Positions 28,835 to 39,636 of a stretch of DNA of 64,000 nucleotides are shown in pieces. The notes under the pieces were generated by a model. It was not told the DNA's origin. It made no database searches and was given only the letters and a program-made list of their open reading frames with translations. The stretch's first letter is position 1, and each line of letters begins with the position of its first letter. The position numbers and the translations under genes are program-made. Origin of the DNA: a virus. The stretch lies in IMG/VR virus record IMGVR_UViG_3300042883_000874, positions 37,923-101,922 of that record; one strand, 5' to 3'.

Positions 28835-30741
28835 TAGTCAAATAAATTTAATTGTGTTATTTTGGGTAATATATTATCAATTTCCTTATATATTTTATCT
28901 ATATAATAAGAGTCATCAATGTTATAATCTTCCCAAGGTTTTTCTTCATAAGTATTAAAGAGTTCTTGCATCCACTTCCCAGCTTCAACTTGTATCTCTC
29001 TTTTATCATGTTTGTTTACTTTATAGATCTTACAGCCTCCTGTAGAGATATAATATCTTAAAGTTTTTTGTAAAGGTTTTTTATGTATGCCTTCTTTGTC
29101 TACACAAATTTGTTGGAACTCCCAATCTCCTTTAATTTTTACACCAGAGCAATAGTCAAATATGTTTCTATTGTCTTGTAAAAATTGTTCAGGTAATTTG
29201 TTTTCAATAAAGAATGCATAGATTGCTTTAGGTATAATTAAGTTACTCTTGTTTTTATGAAGAGCAAGATTGTTAAACTCAAATCTACCTTTACATTTAG
29301 ATTTGCCAGCCATATTAACTGCAATGTAATTATTTACATCACCTATTACCATTTTGCTGTATTGATCATGCTCAAGTTGTAATTGAGTAATATCCTCCCA
29401 TTTTTTGCAAATTTCTAGATATATATCTTTATAACTTGCAGGGATTATCATCTCAAGACCATCTGTATTTTGCATTAATGGTTGACAGTCTGGTATAGCC
29501 TCAACTAACATTTCATATAGCATCATTAGAGATAGCTGACCATTGATTGTAATCCTCATTGTGAATTCAGGATCATATAGAAAACTGTTTGCATCATTAC
29601 TTAAGCCATAAGTTGAATTAAGAATAATCTTGTATACATAATTTTTAGGATCACTTTTAGGAAGCTTTTTTCTTTCCTCAAAAAACCACTCATATTTGCT
29701 ACAAAATATATCTCTATCTAGATGTGCCGGTGACCACTTATTCCTAATGGCCAGATTTGGATAAAAACTAGTTACATCAGATGACATTATAATCATATCA
29801 TCTTTTGCTTCATAAACTCCACTTCTTATACAACCATGAACTCCACCTAAGCCAAAGTCTGTCTTTACACCTTTATATTTAAAGCTGTATTTAAAGCCTC
29901 CTTTGGTGTCTCTTGCATTTATTATTAAATCATTGAAGTTATATAGTAAATCTTTAAAAGTGTCTGTAGTAAAGCTTGTGTAAGGCAGGATGATATCCTT
30001 TATCTTTATGTTATCTCTACTAGTTCTTAAATTTCTAAGATTATACTTACTTACATTCATTTCTTCACTTAAGAATGTCAAGAATAACTCTTTAGAGATT
30101 CTTGGTTCTGATGCACTAAACAAAGGAAGATTGTATTCTTGAGTTAAAGTTTTTCTAAGATTAATCTGTTCCTTGCTAAAGTTCATAATTTGCTTAGTAG
30201 ACTTAACATCATTTATACAATAGCTTATGATTGTATCAAGTTGTTCTTGTGTTGTGATACTTGTACTATGATGAATAGGCATATCTAATAGATTGTGCCA
30301 GTCCATAGAGTACTGTATCCATTTTAAGCTGGATCTTTTTGCTGGATTATCCCAATGGTTAAGCTTGAATACATCAATTTGTCTAATAGATAAGTCTTTC
30401 TCACTAAATTCTGAGAACTCTTTCATATTTTGTCTTTCAATGATATCTTGGGCTTTCTTATAGACCATACCAGCTATAGTTGGTCCATCTAGTTTTACTA
30501 ATGACTTATTATTTCTTACTATATACTCTGAAATTTGAGAGTCAAAAGCTAAGCCATTAAAGGATATGTGCCATTCTCCATTTACACTGTTGCTTACAAG
30601 AAAGTCAATAAGTTCTTTTATTTCATTTTTTAGATGACCTATAACAAAGATCTTTTGTTCTGTTCCTGTATAGTGTTCTGCTACTAAGGTAGTACAATCA
30701 ACTAGTGTTTCATAGTCAATTACCCAATGGTTTTTTGCCAT
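28834..30741 (-). CDS. polB: Family B DNA polymerase with 3'-5' exonuclease
   Basis: IDYET and SFNGLAFD exonuclease motifs; SSDVTSFYPN, KIILNSTYG, QNTDG. Confidence 0.95.
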   Translation of the reverse strand: MAKNHWVIDYETLVDCTTLVAEHYTGTEQKIFVIGHLKNEIKELIDFLVSNSVNGEWHISFNGLAFDSQISEYIVRNNKSLVKLDGPTIAGMVYKKAQDIIERQNMKEFSEFSEKDLSIRQIDVFKLNHWDNPAKRSSLKWIQYSMDWHNLLDMPIHHSTSITTQEQLDTIISYCINDVKSTKQIMNFSKEQINLRKTLTQEYNLPLFSASEPRISKELFLTFLSEEMNVSKYNLRNLRTSRDNIKIKDIILPYTSFTTDTFKDLLYNFNDLIINARDTKGGFKYSFKYKGVKTDFGLGGVHGCIRSGVYEAKDDMIIMSSDVTSFYPNLAIRNKWSPAHLDRDIFCSKYEWFFEERKKLPKSDPKNYVYKIILNSTYGLSNDANSFLYDPEFTMRITINGQLSLMMLYEMLVEAIPDCQPLMQNTDGLEMIIPASYKDIYLEICKKWEDITQLQLEHDQYSKMVIGDVNNYIAVNMAGKSKCKGRFEFNNLALHKNKSNLIIPKAIYAFFIENKLPEQFLQDNRNIFDYCSGVKIKGDWEFQQICVDKEGIHKKPLQKTLRYYISTGGCKIYKVNKHDKREIQVEAGKWMQELFNTYEEKPWEDYNIDDSYYIDKIYKEIDNILPKITQLNLFD

Positions 30742-30780
30742 ATTATTTATATTCAGTTTAGCTGTTTCCCCTTATAGTGT

Positions 30781-30812
30781 AAAAAAAAGGGAGCAGATTT
30801 CTCTACTCCCTA
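30781..30812 (-). terminator. Intrinsic terminator
   Basis: AGGGAG..CTCCCT stem followed by a U-run on the minus strand. Confidence 0.75.
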
Positions 30813-30833
30813 TAGGTTAGCTTAATATTACTA

Positions 30834-31259
30834 TTAAGGCATAATGATAGAAGGCTTAGGAGCCTCAACAACAGCACCAATAAAGTGCTGCATATAATCA
30901 ACTTTATCTGCATTTACTGCAAAGAACTGTACAAAAGCAATGATTTCTGCTTGATCTAAGATGAAATATTTCTGAAGTTGTTCAGCAAGTTTTCTTTCTT
31001 GCTTGATAACAGTTTTTTCACCAGTCTCAGGATCTTCCTTTGGAGATTTTCTTAATTCTGGATCACCATTTTCATTAACTTTAGCAAACATAGCATACTC
31101 ATTTCTCTTATATGTAGAAGTAATTTCTAAAGCTTTTTTGTCTTTATTATACACTACATCTAAGTAAGGAGAGTCATTACTTGCTGGAATCATTCTGAAA
31201 GTATTTTCATCAGGTGACCAGGGAGCTGTTACTAACAGCATTGTTTTTAAGTTTGTCAT
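30834..31259 (-). CDS. Hypothetical protein
   Basis: ORF in operon context. Confidence 0.6.
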   Translation of the reverse strand: MTNLKTMLLVTAPWSPDENTFRMIPASNDSPYLDVVYNKDKKALEITSTYKRNEYAMFAKVNENGDPELRKSPKEDPETGEKTVIKQERKLAEQLQKYFILDQAEIIAFVQFFAVNADKVDYMQHFIGAVVEAPKPSIIMP

Positions 31260-31286
31260 TTTCTAGTTGGTTTTAATTTTCACAAA

Positions 31287-31853
31287 TTAAGTCAATTTTG
31301 AGTTAAATTCCAAATTTTTTATACAAGTTTTAAGAGTTTCTTTATTAAAGTCCACATGAGAACATAATTCTCCTACTTCCATTAACAAGGATTCTTTTAC
31401 TCCCATCATCTCTGAATACATTTTGTAATACTTTTCAGGATTCATATAACTTTCAATATAAGCAAAGTTTGAGTCTTTTTTACCATAAAAATTTTCTATC
31501 TTTTTCTTATAGTTAGGACTAAGCTTTGAATATTTACCAGCTCTTATGTTATCCCAGTCTTCTGCATGAGGATTAAAGTCAAATACATACACTCCTTTAT
31601 TATCTTCAACTTGTTTGAAGTCATAAAAGAGCTTGTTACCTAACAATTTTTCTTTTTCAAAAACTGTAAACTCTGAATCATCTCTAAGATGATAATGACA
31701 GATTAATTTTCTGTCACATAAACTATACTGGTCTTCCCAGCTCAGATAAGTTTCAATAGGGGTAACACTTGCTCCCCTCTTTATTTCCAGGATAGGATAC
31801 ATAAATATCCTACTCTTCTGAAAATAGTCTTTATACAATGATGTTATGGCCAT
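31287..31853 (-). CDS. Hypothetical replication-module protein
   Basis: ORF with GKYSKLS motif; TAATTTTG promoter-like element at 31869-31876. Confidence 0.6.
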   Translation of the reverse strand: MAITSLYKDYFQKSRIFMYPILEIKRGASVTPIETYLSWEDQYSLCDRKLICHYHLRDDSEFTVFEKEKLLGNKLFYDFKQVEDNKGVYVFDFNPHAEDWDNIRAGKYSKLSPNYKKKIENFYGKKDSNFAYIESYMNPEKYYKMYSEMMGVKESLLMEVGELCSHVDFNKETLKTCIKNLEFNSKLT

Positions 31854-31865
31854 ATAATTATAAAT

Positions 31866-32894
31866 TTACAAAATTACTTGACTTGCTGCAAATTTGTAAG
31901 GTAAACTATAATTATTATTCTTGTAGTGCCAGTTAGCTTCAATTAATTTATCAACTAATACAGTATCCCATAAGGCCAGTGTTTCAGAAGATACTTCAAA
32001 ACAATACACTTGATTATATTTGTCAATAACAATAAAGTTAAAGATAACTTTCCAATCAGAAGTAATAATATGTTTATATACATCTTTGACAAGTCGGGTG
32101 TAAATAGCTGCCTGTACATTGTAGTTGTAGAACTGTATTGTTTCTGGGAAGTCTGTGATAGTCTTACCAGTTGTCTTTAAGTCATTGATGTAAATAATTT
32201 TCTTATCATTATTGATTTGAATACTATCTGCAATTCCCTTTAGACCAATGTTTTCTATTCCTGCAGTGTCTGAAGACAAAGCTATTTCATTAAACATGTC
32301 TATGTTTTCCATCTCTGTGTTATATAACCCTAGTAATTCACAAACCTTTTTGTCTGCTCTCAGTAAAGTTACTGCCTCATTGCATCTTTGTAATGTTTCA
32401 CTATCTATTAGGTCCCTATTCCCTTTAGATTTTAAAAATTCAAAGTAGCTGATTGTTTCCTCTGTGATGATTTTTGATAACCTCTGGTCATCAGTTTTTA
32501 AGGATTGGTGTAAGTTGATCTCTTTGAGTATTTCTAAAATTTCTGCACCCAAATCAGCTAGTGTAAGTTCTGTAGCTGGTTGTGGATCCATAGATTTTAA
32601 AATGCTATGTACTTTATCTATAACTATTCTTGAGTTGCCTGTTGGGAGATTTGATGGTAAAAGTACAAAATTATCTTCAAACTCATGATTATTTAATATC
32701 AAACAGTGAATAACTTTTCCATCAATAAGATGTGAGTCAATTCTATCTTCTCTTTGATTGAGAACATAGTGATTATAATACATCTTTGGAGAGAATAAAA
32801 GCTTATTCAAGCCTGAATAACTTAATATAAAAGGCTTTTCATAAAACTCTTTCTCTAACTCAGCAATTGTTTTTTTAGATTTAGTATCTATCAT
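31866..32894 (-). CDS. PD-(D/E)xK exonuclease (RecE/ExoVIII-like)
   Basis: LSYSGL, GKVIH, LKGIADS...NDLKTT...YNVQAAIY. Confidence 0.85.
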   Translation of the reverse strand: MIDTKSKKTIAELEKEFYEKPFILSYSGLNKLLFSPKMYYNHYVLNQREDRIDSHLIDGKVIHCLILNNHEFEDNFVLLPSNLPTGNSRIVIDKVHSILKSMDPQPATELTLADLGAEILEILKEINLHQSLKTDDQRLSKIITEETISYFEFLKSKGNRDLIDSETLQRCNEAVTLLRADKKVCELLGLYNTEMENIDMFNEIALSSDTAGIENIGLKGIADSIQINNDKKIIYINDLKTTGKTITDFPETIQFYNYNVQAAIYTRLVKDVYKHIITSDWKVIFNFIVIDKYNQVYCFEVSSETLALWDTVLVDKLIEANWHYKNNNYSLPYKFAASQVIL

Positions 32895-34075
32895 AGGTCT
32901 GTTATTGGTTTTTCTTCAATTAATTCTGGTACAACAACTTGAGCCTGCTTATTAAACTCCATTAACTTCTTAATGTCATCTGAAGGTTCTACATTAGTCA
33001 TTTTAAAGTATGTGCTATCACCATGATCATTAACATATTCTATAGCTTCAGGTAAAATTAAAGCCATATTTTCATATGTCATTATATTTTTATCTACAAG
33101 TTTATATACAATATCATCATAAGATACTTCACTATAATTTATATTAACATCAAAAAACTTCAATAAACTTTTAAAGTTTACATGATTTTTCATGTCTGAG
33201 TTAGCCATATGTCTTCTATGCTCTTTCATTAGTAATAATAAATAAACAGCTGATTGTAAATAATTACAATTGGCCATTGATTCCATAGCTACTTTATGAT
33301 TATCCTTATCAGAACTTTCAAATAAGTTTTTTACACCTTCATAGATTTCTTGATCCATTACAAGCTCAGAGTTTAATAAACTTAGTAAAGCTGATTCATC
33401 ATATACATTACCATGAGTCAATAAGGTATTATAAAGAGCTTCTTTCTCAGGACTTTCAAACTCATAAAGAGTCATATCAAAAGCTTCAACTAATTCTTTT
33501 TGATCATCAGTAAGAGGTAAGTCATTACCATTAGCATCTTCTCTAACAAGATCTTGTTCATCCATAAAATCATATACAGGACCATTAAAAGCACCAGCTG
33601 ACTTTATAGCACTTTTTACACTATAAGATGTTATAACAAAATCAGCTTCTGTACTTTCAATATCTTCAATTAATTTAATAATTTGCTGTAAATGCTCACT
33701 AGAACATCTTACTTTAGTTGCAGCAAGATACTTTAACATTGCTTTTTTTGTAATACAGTCTGTATTATAAAGTTTTTCAATAAGCTCTGTATCTATATTT
33801 TCTTTATTAGTAAACCAGATATTAGCTTTTTCTTTAAATTTCACTACAGCTGTATCAGTAGATTCACAAAAAGATTTTACTTTAAATCTTGGAATATTAC
33901 AATTAGGAAATATAAAAAGCTTATCTTTAGCTACAGGAACATAAAGTCCTTTAAGAATACTTAAAGGTGAATAAGTACTAAATACTCCTCTAATATCATA
34001 TTTTAACTCTGAATTATAACTACTATTTTTTATTGGCAGTCTATCTATATAGACTGCTGTTTGTTTATTTACCAT
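32891..34075 (-). CDS. Hypothetical protein of the MoxR/vWA cluster
   Basis: 394-aa ORF; shares a helical motif with two neighbours. Confidence 0.6.
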   Translation of the reverse strand: MVNKQTAVYIDRLPIKNSSYNSELKYDIRGVFSTYSPLSILKGLYVPVAKDKLFIFPNCNIPRFKVKSFCESTDTAVVKFKEKANIWFTNKENIDTELIEKLYNTDCITKKAMLKYLAATKVRCSSEHLQQIIKLIEDIESTEADFVITSYSVKSAIKSAGAFNGPVYDFMDEQDLVREDANGNDLPLTDDQKELVEAFDMTLYEFESPEKEALYNTLLTHGNVYDESALLSLLNSELVMDQEIYEGVKNLFESSDKDNHKVAMESMANCNYLQSAVYLLLLMKEHRRHMANSDMKNHVNFKSLLKFFDVNINYSEVSYDDIVYKLVDKNIMTYENMALILPEAIEYVNDHGDSTYFKMTNVEPSDDIKKLMEFNKQAQVVVPELIEEKPITDL

Positions 34076-34547
34076 AGGTTTCTACATTAATTGGTTCAAC
34101 ATTTAAAGCTAAGTGCTTGTATTCTTCTTTTATTGTCAATGTTACATTATAGTATTTATTTCTACATTGGCCAATAGTTCCACTAATCACATCTGTTTCT
34201 AGTTTTTGAAAGATTTCAGGAGTATTCCATCCTTGAGTAGTTAAGAACTCAGAAAAAGTTCTTGATCCTTTTTGACTAATAAAGAATAATCTTGATTGGT
34301 CTCTAAAGTTTCTACTAGCTTTTGTTCTTAAATTTACCATTAAACTTGGATATACAGATCTAGCTAATTGCCAGATATAATAAATTGATTTTTCTACATC
34401 ACAAGTGTTTAATATTAACTGACCCATCTTATGATCAGCTGTATCATTACTTTTAAACATTTTGTACAGTACTTTTGTAGATTCTTCATCTAATATAACA
34501 GCCTCCCCATTTGTAGGAGAAGCTGTTATTGTTTGTGTGTTGTCCAT
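34065..34547 (-). CDS. Hypothetical protein of the MoxR/vWA cluster
   Basis: ORF with the shared motif. Confidence 0.6.
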   Translation of the reverse strand: MDNTQTITASPTNGEAVILDEESTKVLYKMFKSNDTADHKMGQLILNTCDVEKSIYYIWQLARSVYPSLMVNLRTKASRNFRDQSRLFFISQKGSRTFSEFLTTQGWNTPEIFQKLETDVISGTIGQCRNKYYNVTLTIKEEYKHLALNVEPINVETYGK

Positions 34548-34562
34548 ATATTTTTATTTGGA

Positions 34563-35750
34563 TTACTTCATTGCCATTTTGACAACTTCTGCATTAAGCA
34601 TTAATTTCTGAAATTTAGCTTTATTGCTAGTGATTACTCTCCTTACAATGATGTATTTCAAGTCATTAGTAAATACTTCACCAGTACAAAACTTAGTTAA
34701 TCTTTCTGTAACTGCCTGGGTAATTGTGTTACCTTCTGCATAGTTACAAGTAAAGTTAATTAACCTTGTTACTAATACACTTGCAATATCAGCTCTATAA
34801 TCATTACCTACACCAATACAACTGTTTAATTCACCAATAATATAAGCTTCATTTTGGTGTAATAACATGTCTTTAGGAGTAACTAACTTATCTAATTTAT
34901 TATTAATAAATGTAGTAAAGAAAGTACTAAAAGTTGGATTAGTAGTAGCTTCACCTAATTGTTGAATCAATGGTAATTGATCTGCAAAATTATCAATAGA
35001 CATTAAAGAGTTAAAGAACATAGTTACAGTTCTTGCATTGATATCTTCAGCATCCATTAACTCCGGGTGTAATAATAAGAAGTTGATACATCTTGAATCA
35101 ATACCAGTTTTCTCTGCATATCTAGCCCATACATTAACATCAAACTTATAGTTTACATTAATTACACGAGTCTTTTGAGCACCATCCATTGCTGATACAG
35201 AATAGTTTCCATTATCAGGATTAGAAGTTAAGATGATCATAGATCCTACAGGTAAACACCAGTTATTATAACATTGAGTTTCTAATAAAGTCATAGTAGC
35301 TTGAATAAACTTTTCACTTGCTCTAGAATAATCATCTAATAATAAGATCATTGGTTGTTCTCTACCATTAATCCATTCTGGAGAAGCATGAGTCATTCTA
35401 ATTTTTCCTGATGGTTTAAGACCTGCAGTAATATATTGAGGAATTGCTCCTTCAACTACCCAGCGGTTAGTACCATCTTTAGCTATCATTTCATGTTCTT
35501 TACATGGATATCCTACTAGATCAGATACATCTTCTAACTCTGCTAAATTCTTTCTAACTAATTCCATTCCTAGTTCATTAGCTAATTGTAAAATAGTAGA
35601 AGTCTTACCACCACCAGCTTCACCTTCAATGTTTACTGCTTGTACAGCTAAACCTTTTTCAGATAATACTTTGTTATTGTTATAAATATAAGTTAAGAAT
35701 GATTTTAATTCTTCTGAGTTTAAGCTAATTTTATTACTTGTTGTTGACAT
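34563..35750 (-). CDS. MoxR-like AAA+ ATPase
   Basis: GEAGGGKT Walker A, LLLDDYSRA Walker B, LTSNP sensor 1, MDGAQKTR. Confidence 0.85.
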   Translation of the reverse strand: MSTTSNKISLNSEELKSFLTYIYNNNKVLSEKGLAVQAVNIEGEAGGGKTSTILQLANELGMELVRKNLAELEDVSDLVGYPCKEHEMIAKDGTNRWVVEGAIPQYITAGLKPSGKIRMTHASPEWINGREQPMILLLDDYSRASEKFIQATMTLLETQCYNNWCLPVGSMIILTSNPDNGNYSVSAMDGAQKTRVINVNYKFDVNVWARYAEKTGIDSRCINFLLLHPELMDAEDINARTVTMFFNSLMSIDNFADQLPLIQQLGEATTNPTFSTFFTTFINNKLDKLVTPKDMLLHQNEAYIIGELNSCIGVGNDYRADIASVLVTRLINFTCNYAEGNTITQAVTERLTKFCTGEVFTNDLKYIIVRRVITSNKAKFQKLMLNAEVVKMAMK

Positions 35751-35768
35751 ATATTTTTATTTTGAATA

Positions 35769-36983
35769 TTAATTTAATTTAATTTGTAGACCTTTTAAGT
35801 CTGAATTAAGCTGAGACTGAGATGATATAACCCATAATACAGGACCTCTACACTTTTCTGGTGCAGGTGCTTCTCCATCAGTAAGATAGATCAAGCAGTT
35901 ATATTTCTTTTTGTTTGCATCATAGTAATCTGTTACTGGATGAAAATTAGTACCACCTCTGCCATGAATTTCAAAATCCTTCTTAGGATCAAATTTACCA
36001 ATATGGGAAATTGCTGTATCACATTGTACAAGAGTAACTTCTGTACCAGATCTACTAATGTGATGTATTTCATGCAAAAATTCTATAAGTTCATTTGTAC
36101 TTACTGAACCTGATGTATCTACAGCTACTAAAATATGTCTTTTCTCTTTGTGCTTTAATCCTGGATTTTCAATAAATCTAAAATTAGGCTTTTGTCTTGA
36201 CATCTTAGTAAATGTCTTAATGGATCCACCAACAAATCTTCTTACATAAGCTCTCCAATTAAACTTTGGAGGATTAAGTTTAGAAATTTTATCAATGATT
36301 TCAGCCATTTCACCAGGGATCTTTCCTCTTGATTTTGTTACTTGATCTACAACTTCTTTCAGTATATGCTCAGTCTGTGTTTTAATCAACTTCTTAGTTG
36401 CTTCATCTAAATTGTCAAACTCTTCCCATGTTCCATGATCAGGTAATTTAACTTCAACTTCTCCTTGCCCATTAATAGATACAGTGATTCCTCCTTCTCC
36501 TTTTTCATTACATTCAATCATCTTATCCAAATTAGGACATGTACCTGGATTCTCTTTAGCCTCCATTAACTTATCATAATAATACTTAGTACCTTTCTTA
36601 GGTTCTAAGTTTAATTCTGGATATACTTCAGGAAGTTGTGGCCCAGGTGGTAAGAAGATACTATCAATATATTGATTAATTTCAATATCCATAGCAATAT
36701 TAGCTATCATTTTATCACTTAAGTGATCATAATCTGTGATATGAAAGAAAGCAATATGTAAAATCTCATGCTTTAATAATCCTATCCTTTGATCAGGAGT
36801 TAACTTATCCCAGAATTCTTCATTGAGATATAATTGATAGTTAATTCCTAGTCTGCTTACACCAGCTGTAGGTACTTTTGTACTCCATTGCTTATTAAGC
36901 ATAATAAGAAAGAGACCATAAAAGGCCTCCTTTAACATCAAATCTTTACTAGCCTTAGCTAGTTCTTCACTTTTGTTTTTCAT
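35769..36983 (-). CDS. Metallopeptidase plus vWA-domain protein (DUF2201-like)
   Basis: LKHEILH; VDTSGS MIDAS; GRGGTNF; YLTDG. Confidence 0.9.
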   Translation of the reverse strand: MKNKSEELAKASKDLMLKEAFYGLFLIMLNKQWSTKVPTAGVSRLGINYQLYLNEEFWDKLTPDQRIGLLKHEILHIAFFHITDYDHLSDKMIANIAMDIEINQYIDSIFLPPGPQLPEVYPELNLEPKKGTKYYYDKLMEAKENPGTCPNLDKMIECNEKGEGGITVSINGQGEVEVKLPDHGTWEEFDNLDEATKKLIKTQTEHILKEVVDQVTKSRGKIPGEMAEIIDKISKLNPPKFNWRAYVRRFVGGSIKTFTKMSRQKPNFRFIENPGLKHKEKRHILVAVDTSGSVSTNELIEFLHEIHHISRSGTEVTLVQCDTAISHIGKFDPKKDFEIHGRGGTNFHPVTDYYDANKKKYNCLIYLTDGEAPAPEKCRGPVLWVISSQSQLNSDLKGLQIKLN

Positions 36984-37422
36984 CTTGTTTCTTTAAGGTT
37001 ATTTCAATTTGTATATCATCAATAAATTCAAAATGAGTAGTAGACATGCTATCTTTAAGAAATCTAGCAAACTCTTTCATGAAAACTTTTACATTTTCTT
37101 CTTTATTATCTTGTTCTTTCATGATTTTCATTATATCATTATAACTAACAGCATTAGAATCTTTAGAAATACCTAAAGATGCATGATACTTTAATACTTT
37201 AGAACAGTGTTCATGCCATAATCCAAAAGTTTTTAAATTATTCTTTCTTAAGAATAAAGTATATATTAATGATTTTTTTTGGTCTACATTCTTTATACAC
37301 TCTAGTGCAACTACTTGATCTTCTTCTGTACTATCTAACATTTGTGATAAATTATCATATGATTCAGAATCAATAACTAATTTTTCTTTTAGTCTTCTAT
37401 TTTTAGTGTTTTGATCATCCAT
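36967..37422 (-). CDS. Hypothetical protein of the MoxR/vWA cluster
   Basis: ORF with the shared motif; true start may be slightly downstream. Confidence 0.55.
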   Translation of the reverse strand: MDDQNTKNRRLKEKLVIDSESYDNLSQMLDSTEEDQVVALECIKNVDQKKSLIYTLFLRKNNLKTFGLWHEHCSKVLKYHASLGISKDSNAVSYNDIMKIMKEQDNKEENVKVFMKEFARFLKDSMSTTHFEFIDDIQIEITLKKQDEKQK

Positions 37423-37736
37423 AAAGGTGTTGTTTTGTTTGATATATTATCCAGCCATTCTTTAGCTGAAGGTATGTGATTGTTACAGTCTTCTTTGACA
37501 TGTTGTTCTCCAATGTATCTTATGTATACTCTTTTTCCTATAGAGTTAATCATAAACTTTCCAAAGATTTCTTCTAATTGAAAGATACCTTCTGAGTGAT
37601 GTCTAAACATTCTGTGATAAGAGTGACCTACCCATTTTTTAGTTTCATCAAACCATTCATGATATTGTAAATACTCTTCAGGTTCCCCTCCCCACTTTTT
37701 AGCAGATGAGCGGCTGTGATCATATGGATGTGCCAT
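37389..37736 (-). CDS. His-rich protein (DUF6915-like)
   Basis: MAHPYDHSRSSAKKWGG...HRMFRHHSEGIF...GEQHVKED. Confidence 0.75.
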   Translation of the reverse strand: MAHPYDHSRSSAKKWGGEPEEYLQYHEWFDETKKWVGHSYHRMFRHHSEGIFQLEEIFGKFMINSIGKRVYIRYIGEQHVKEDCNNHIPSAKEWLDNISNKTTPLWMIKTLKIED

Positions 37737-38089
37737 TAATCTTCAATTATATTACCTTCATGATTATAAGTAGTATAACTCCTATATTCAATATTAACTT
37801 CAATACTATATTCACCAGTTTTAGTATCTATACTTAAAGTACCATTTCCACCATCATTATTATACCAGTCTTCTATGTTTCCATTATCAAGTAAAGTATA
37901 GCAATAATCATTTACATCACTATCAAGTTCTTTATTAACATCAGCAAAAAGATTACTAATTGTAGAATCTGATAAATGGTAATTCATATCATCAATAGCT
38001 CCACTGTCACCTCCACCAGAAAATTCTGCATATACACTTACAATACCAAGATCCCTTAATCTTAGCATCAATTCTAATCCTGTTGCCAT
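37736..38089 (-). CDS. Acidic protein (DUF6878-like)
   Basis: FSGGGDSGAI...DWYNNDGGNG. Confidence 0.7.
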   Translation of the reverse strand: MATGLELMLRLRDLGIVSVYAEFSGGGDSGAIDDMNYHLSDSTISNLFADVNKELDSDVNDYCYTLLDNGNIEDWYNNDGGNGTLSIDTKTGEYSIEVNIEYRSYTTYNHEGNIIED

Positions 38090-38511
38090 TATTTCTTTTG
38101 TTTATAAAATCTGCCTAATATGTTGCCATTCAAGTACATATCATTTTCTAATACACCTAGTTCAAACTGATGTTTAACTTCTTGATAAGTTAATTCAGTT
38201 TTACTAAAGCATATCTTAAGGATAGTTCTTTGAATAAGCATACCATCTTTATGTGCTTTTTTAAGTACATCATTACTACTATAGTAATTTTGGTAAGCAG
38301 ATTTGGTTACTACTTTGTATTTTTTGAGTCTCTTGTCTGTAGAGATAGCTTTCTTAGCAAGTTTGGTTTTAGTATTAGAAAAGAAGTTCTTCTTACCTAT
38401 GTAAGTATAAGATTTACCATCAAGTATAACAGACATTTGGTATATGAAACCTATTCCATTTTCTGGAATGTCACTATCTTCAAATACTCTTCCTTTATAT
38501 ATCCAACTCAT
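38089..38511 (-). CDS. GIY-YIG-fold nuclease
   Basis: GFIY...YIGKK...YYSS...E...YLNGNI. Confidence 0.7.
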   Translation of the reverse strand: MSWIYKGRVFEDSDIPENGIGFIYQMSVILDGKSYTYIGKKNFFSNTKTKLAKKAISTDKRLKKYKVVTKSAYQNYYSSNDVLKKAHKDGMLIQRTILKICFSKTELTYQEVKHQFELGVLENDMYLNGNILGRFYKQKK

Positions 38512-38645
38512 GCTTTTAAGTTTTTTAACATTATTATTAATTCTTTATCAATAAGTCTATCTAGCTTTGAAAGTATTTCCATTTTAAGTTCATTGGTTAA
38601 GTCCTGTTGTTCTAATGTCATTAACCAATCTTGAAACTCATCCAT
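38508..38645 (-). CDS. Small hypothetical protein, 45 aa (MDEFQDWL...)
   Basis: Translated by hand; overlaps both neighbours. Confidence 0.5.
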   Translation of the reverse strand: MDEFQDWLMTLEQQDLTNELKMEILSKLDRLIDKELIIMLKNLKA

Positions 38646-39624
38646 TTAACTTTTCTTTTAATAAAGGGGTTAACTGGTCTTTAACTTTATGAATGCCATG
38701 ATCTCTTACAGAGTCAGATAAATCTTTTGACATATCAAGAATAACATATGGTATACCATACTTATCTTTATACTTCTTCATAGATTCCTTTCCTGCATTA
38801 TCATTGTCAAATAAAGTACAGATACCTTTATATTTATGCTTATATGCTGTGATAGCATGTTCTGGTATCAAAACATTTTCACTATCCGGGGCTATTGCCT
38901 CAGCATTTTTATATCCAAGTTTAGTAAAAGCCATTATATCTTTCAATGAACTACAGATAACTAGATATGGTAATTCCATAGTTAATTGGTCTGAGCCTTG
39001 AGTATAATCTTTTATCTTAATAAATTTATGATCCTTTGTATAGGGATGATAAATTTTATACAACAAACCATCTTTTCTAAAGTAACCATATATATTACTA
39101 CCTTTAATAGTAAGTTCCTTTATTTCACCTTCTTCTTCTTTTGAAAGTTTATATTCTGCTAGAGGCATTACATTATAAAACTCTAAAAGTTTAGAGCCTA
39201 TATGAAATTTACCCCAGAATTTACTATCTAGGTTAGTCCAGGTTCTTGTAGCAAAGTTTGTTACTTTGAATTTAGTTTGTCTTTTAAATTCTCTTATACT
39301 ATAATCTTCCTTATTAGTAAGAGTATAAGTATTGTAATCTTCAATTATTTTATAAGCAGTCTCTCCACGAGTACTTAAGCTAAACATCTGCTGTATTAGA
39401 TCTAAAGCATCTCCTGTTTTACCAGTAGAAAAGTCTTTATATCTATAAGTTGTGTTCTTTGAATAATATACATACATTGAAGGAGTTTTGTCATTAGGAT
39501 TAAATACTGATTTAATCTTTATGTCTTGTCCACTCAGCTTTTCTGTTAAGTTTAAATAATGTTCATAGACCCATTCTCTAGGAACCTCACTTATACTTGT
39601 AATCAATGATTTTATTCTTAACAT
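38638..39624 (-). CDS. DNA primase (TOPRIM)
   Basis: YKDFSTGKTGD, SSLKD, APDSE, LFDNDNAG, KDLSD. Confidence 0.85.
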   Translation of the reverse strand: MLRIKSLITSISEVPREWVYEHYLNLTEKLSGQDIKIKSVFNPNDKTPSMYVYYSKNTTYRYKDFSTGKTGDALDLIQQMFSLSTRGETAYKIIEDYNTYTLTNKEDYSIREFKRQTKFKVTNFATRTWTNLDSKFWGKFHIGSKLLEFYNVMPLAEYKLSKEEEGEIKELTIKGSNIYGYFRKDGLLYKIYHPYTKDHKFIKIKDYTQGSDQLTMELPYLVICSSLKDIMAFTKLGYKNAEAIAPDSENVLIPEHAITAYKHKYKGICTLFDNDNAGKESMKKYKDKYGIPYVILDMSKDLSDSVRDHGIHKVKDQLTPLLKEKLNG

Positions 39625-39636
39625 AGTTTTAGTATA

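Noticed and set aside
9708-30741. Introns or inteins in RNAP or PolB
   Set aside because: Reading frames are continuous, with no intein-type junctions or embedded endonuclease seen
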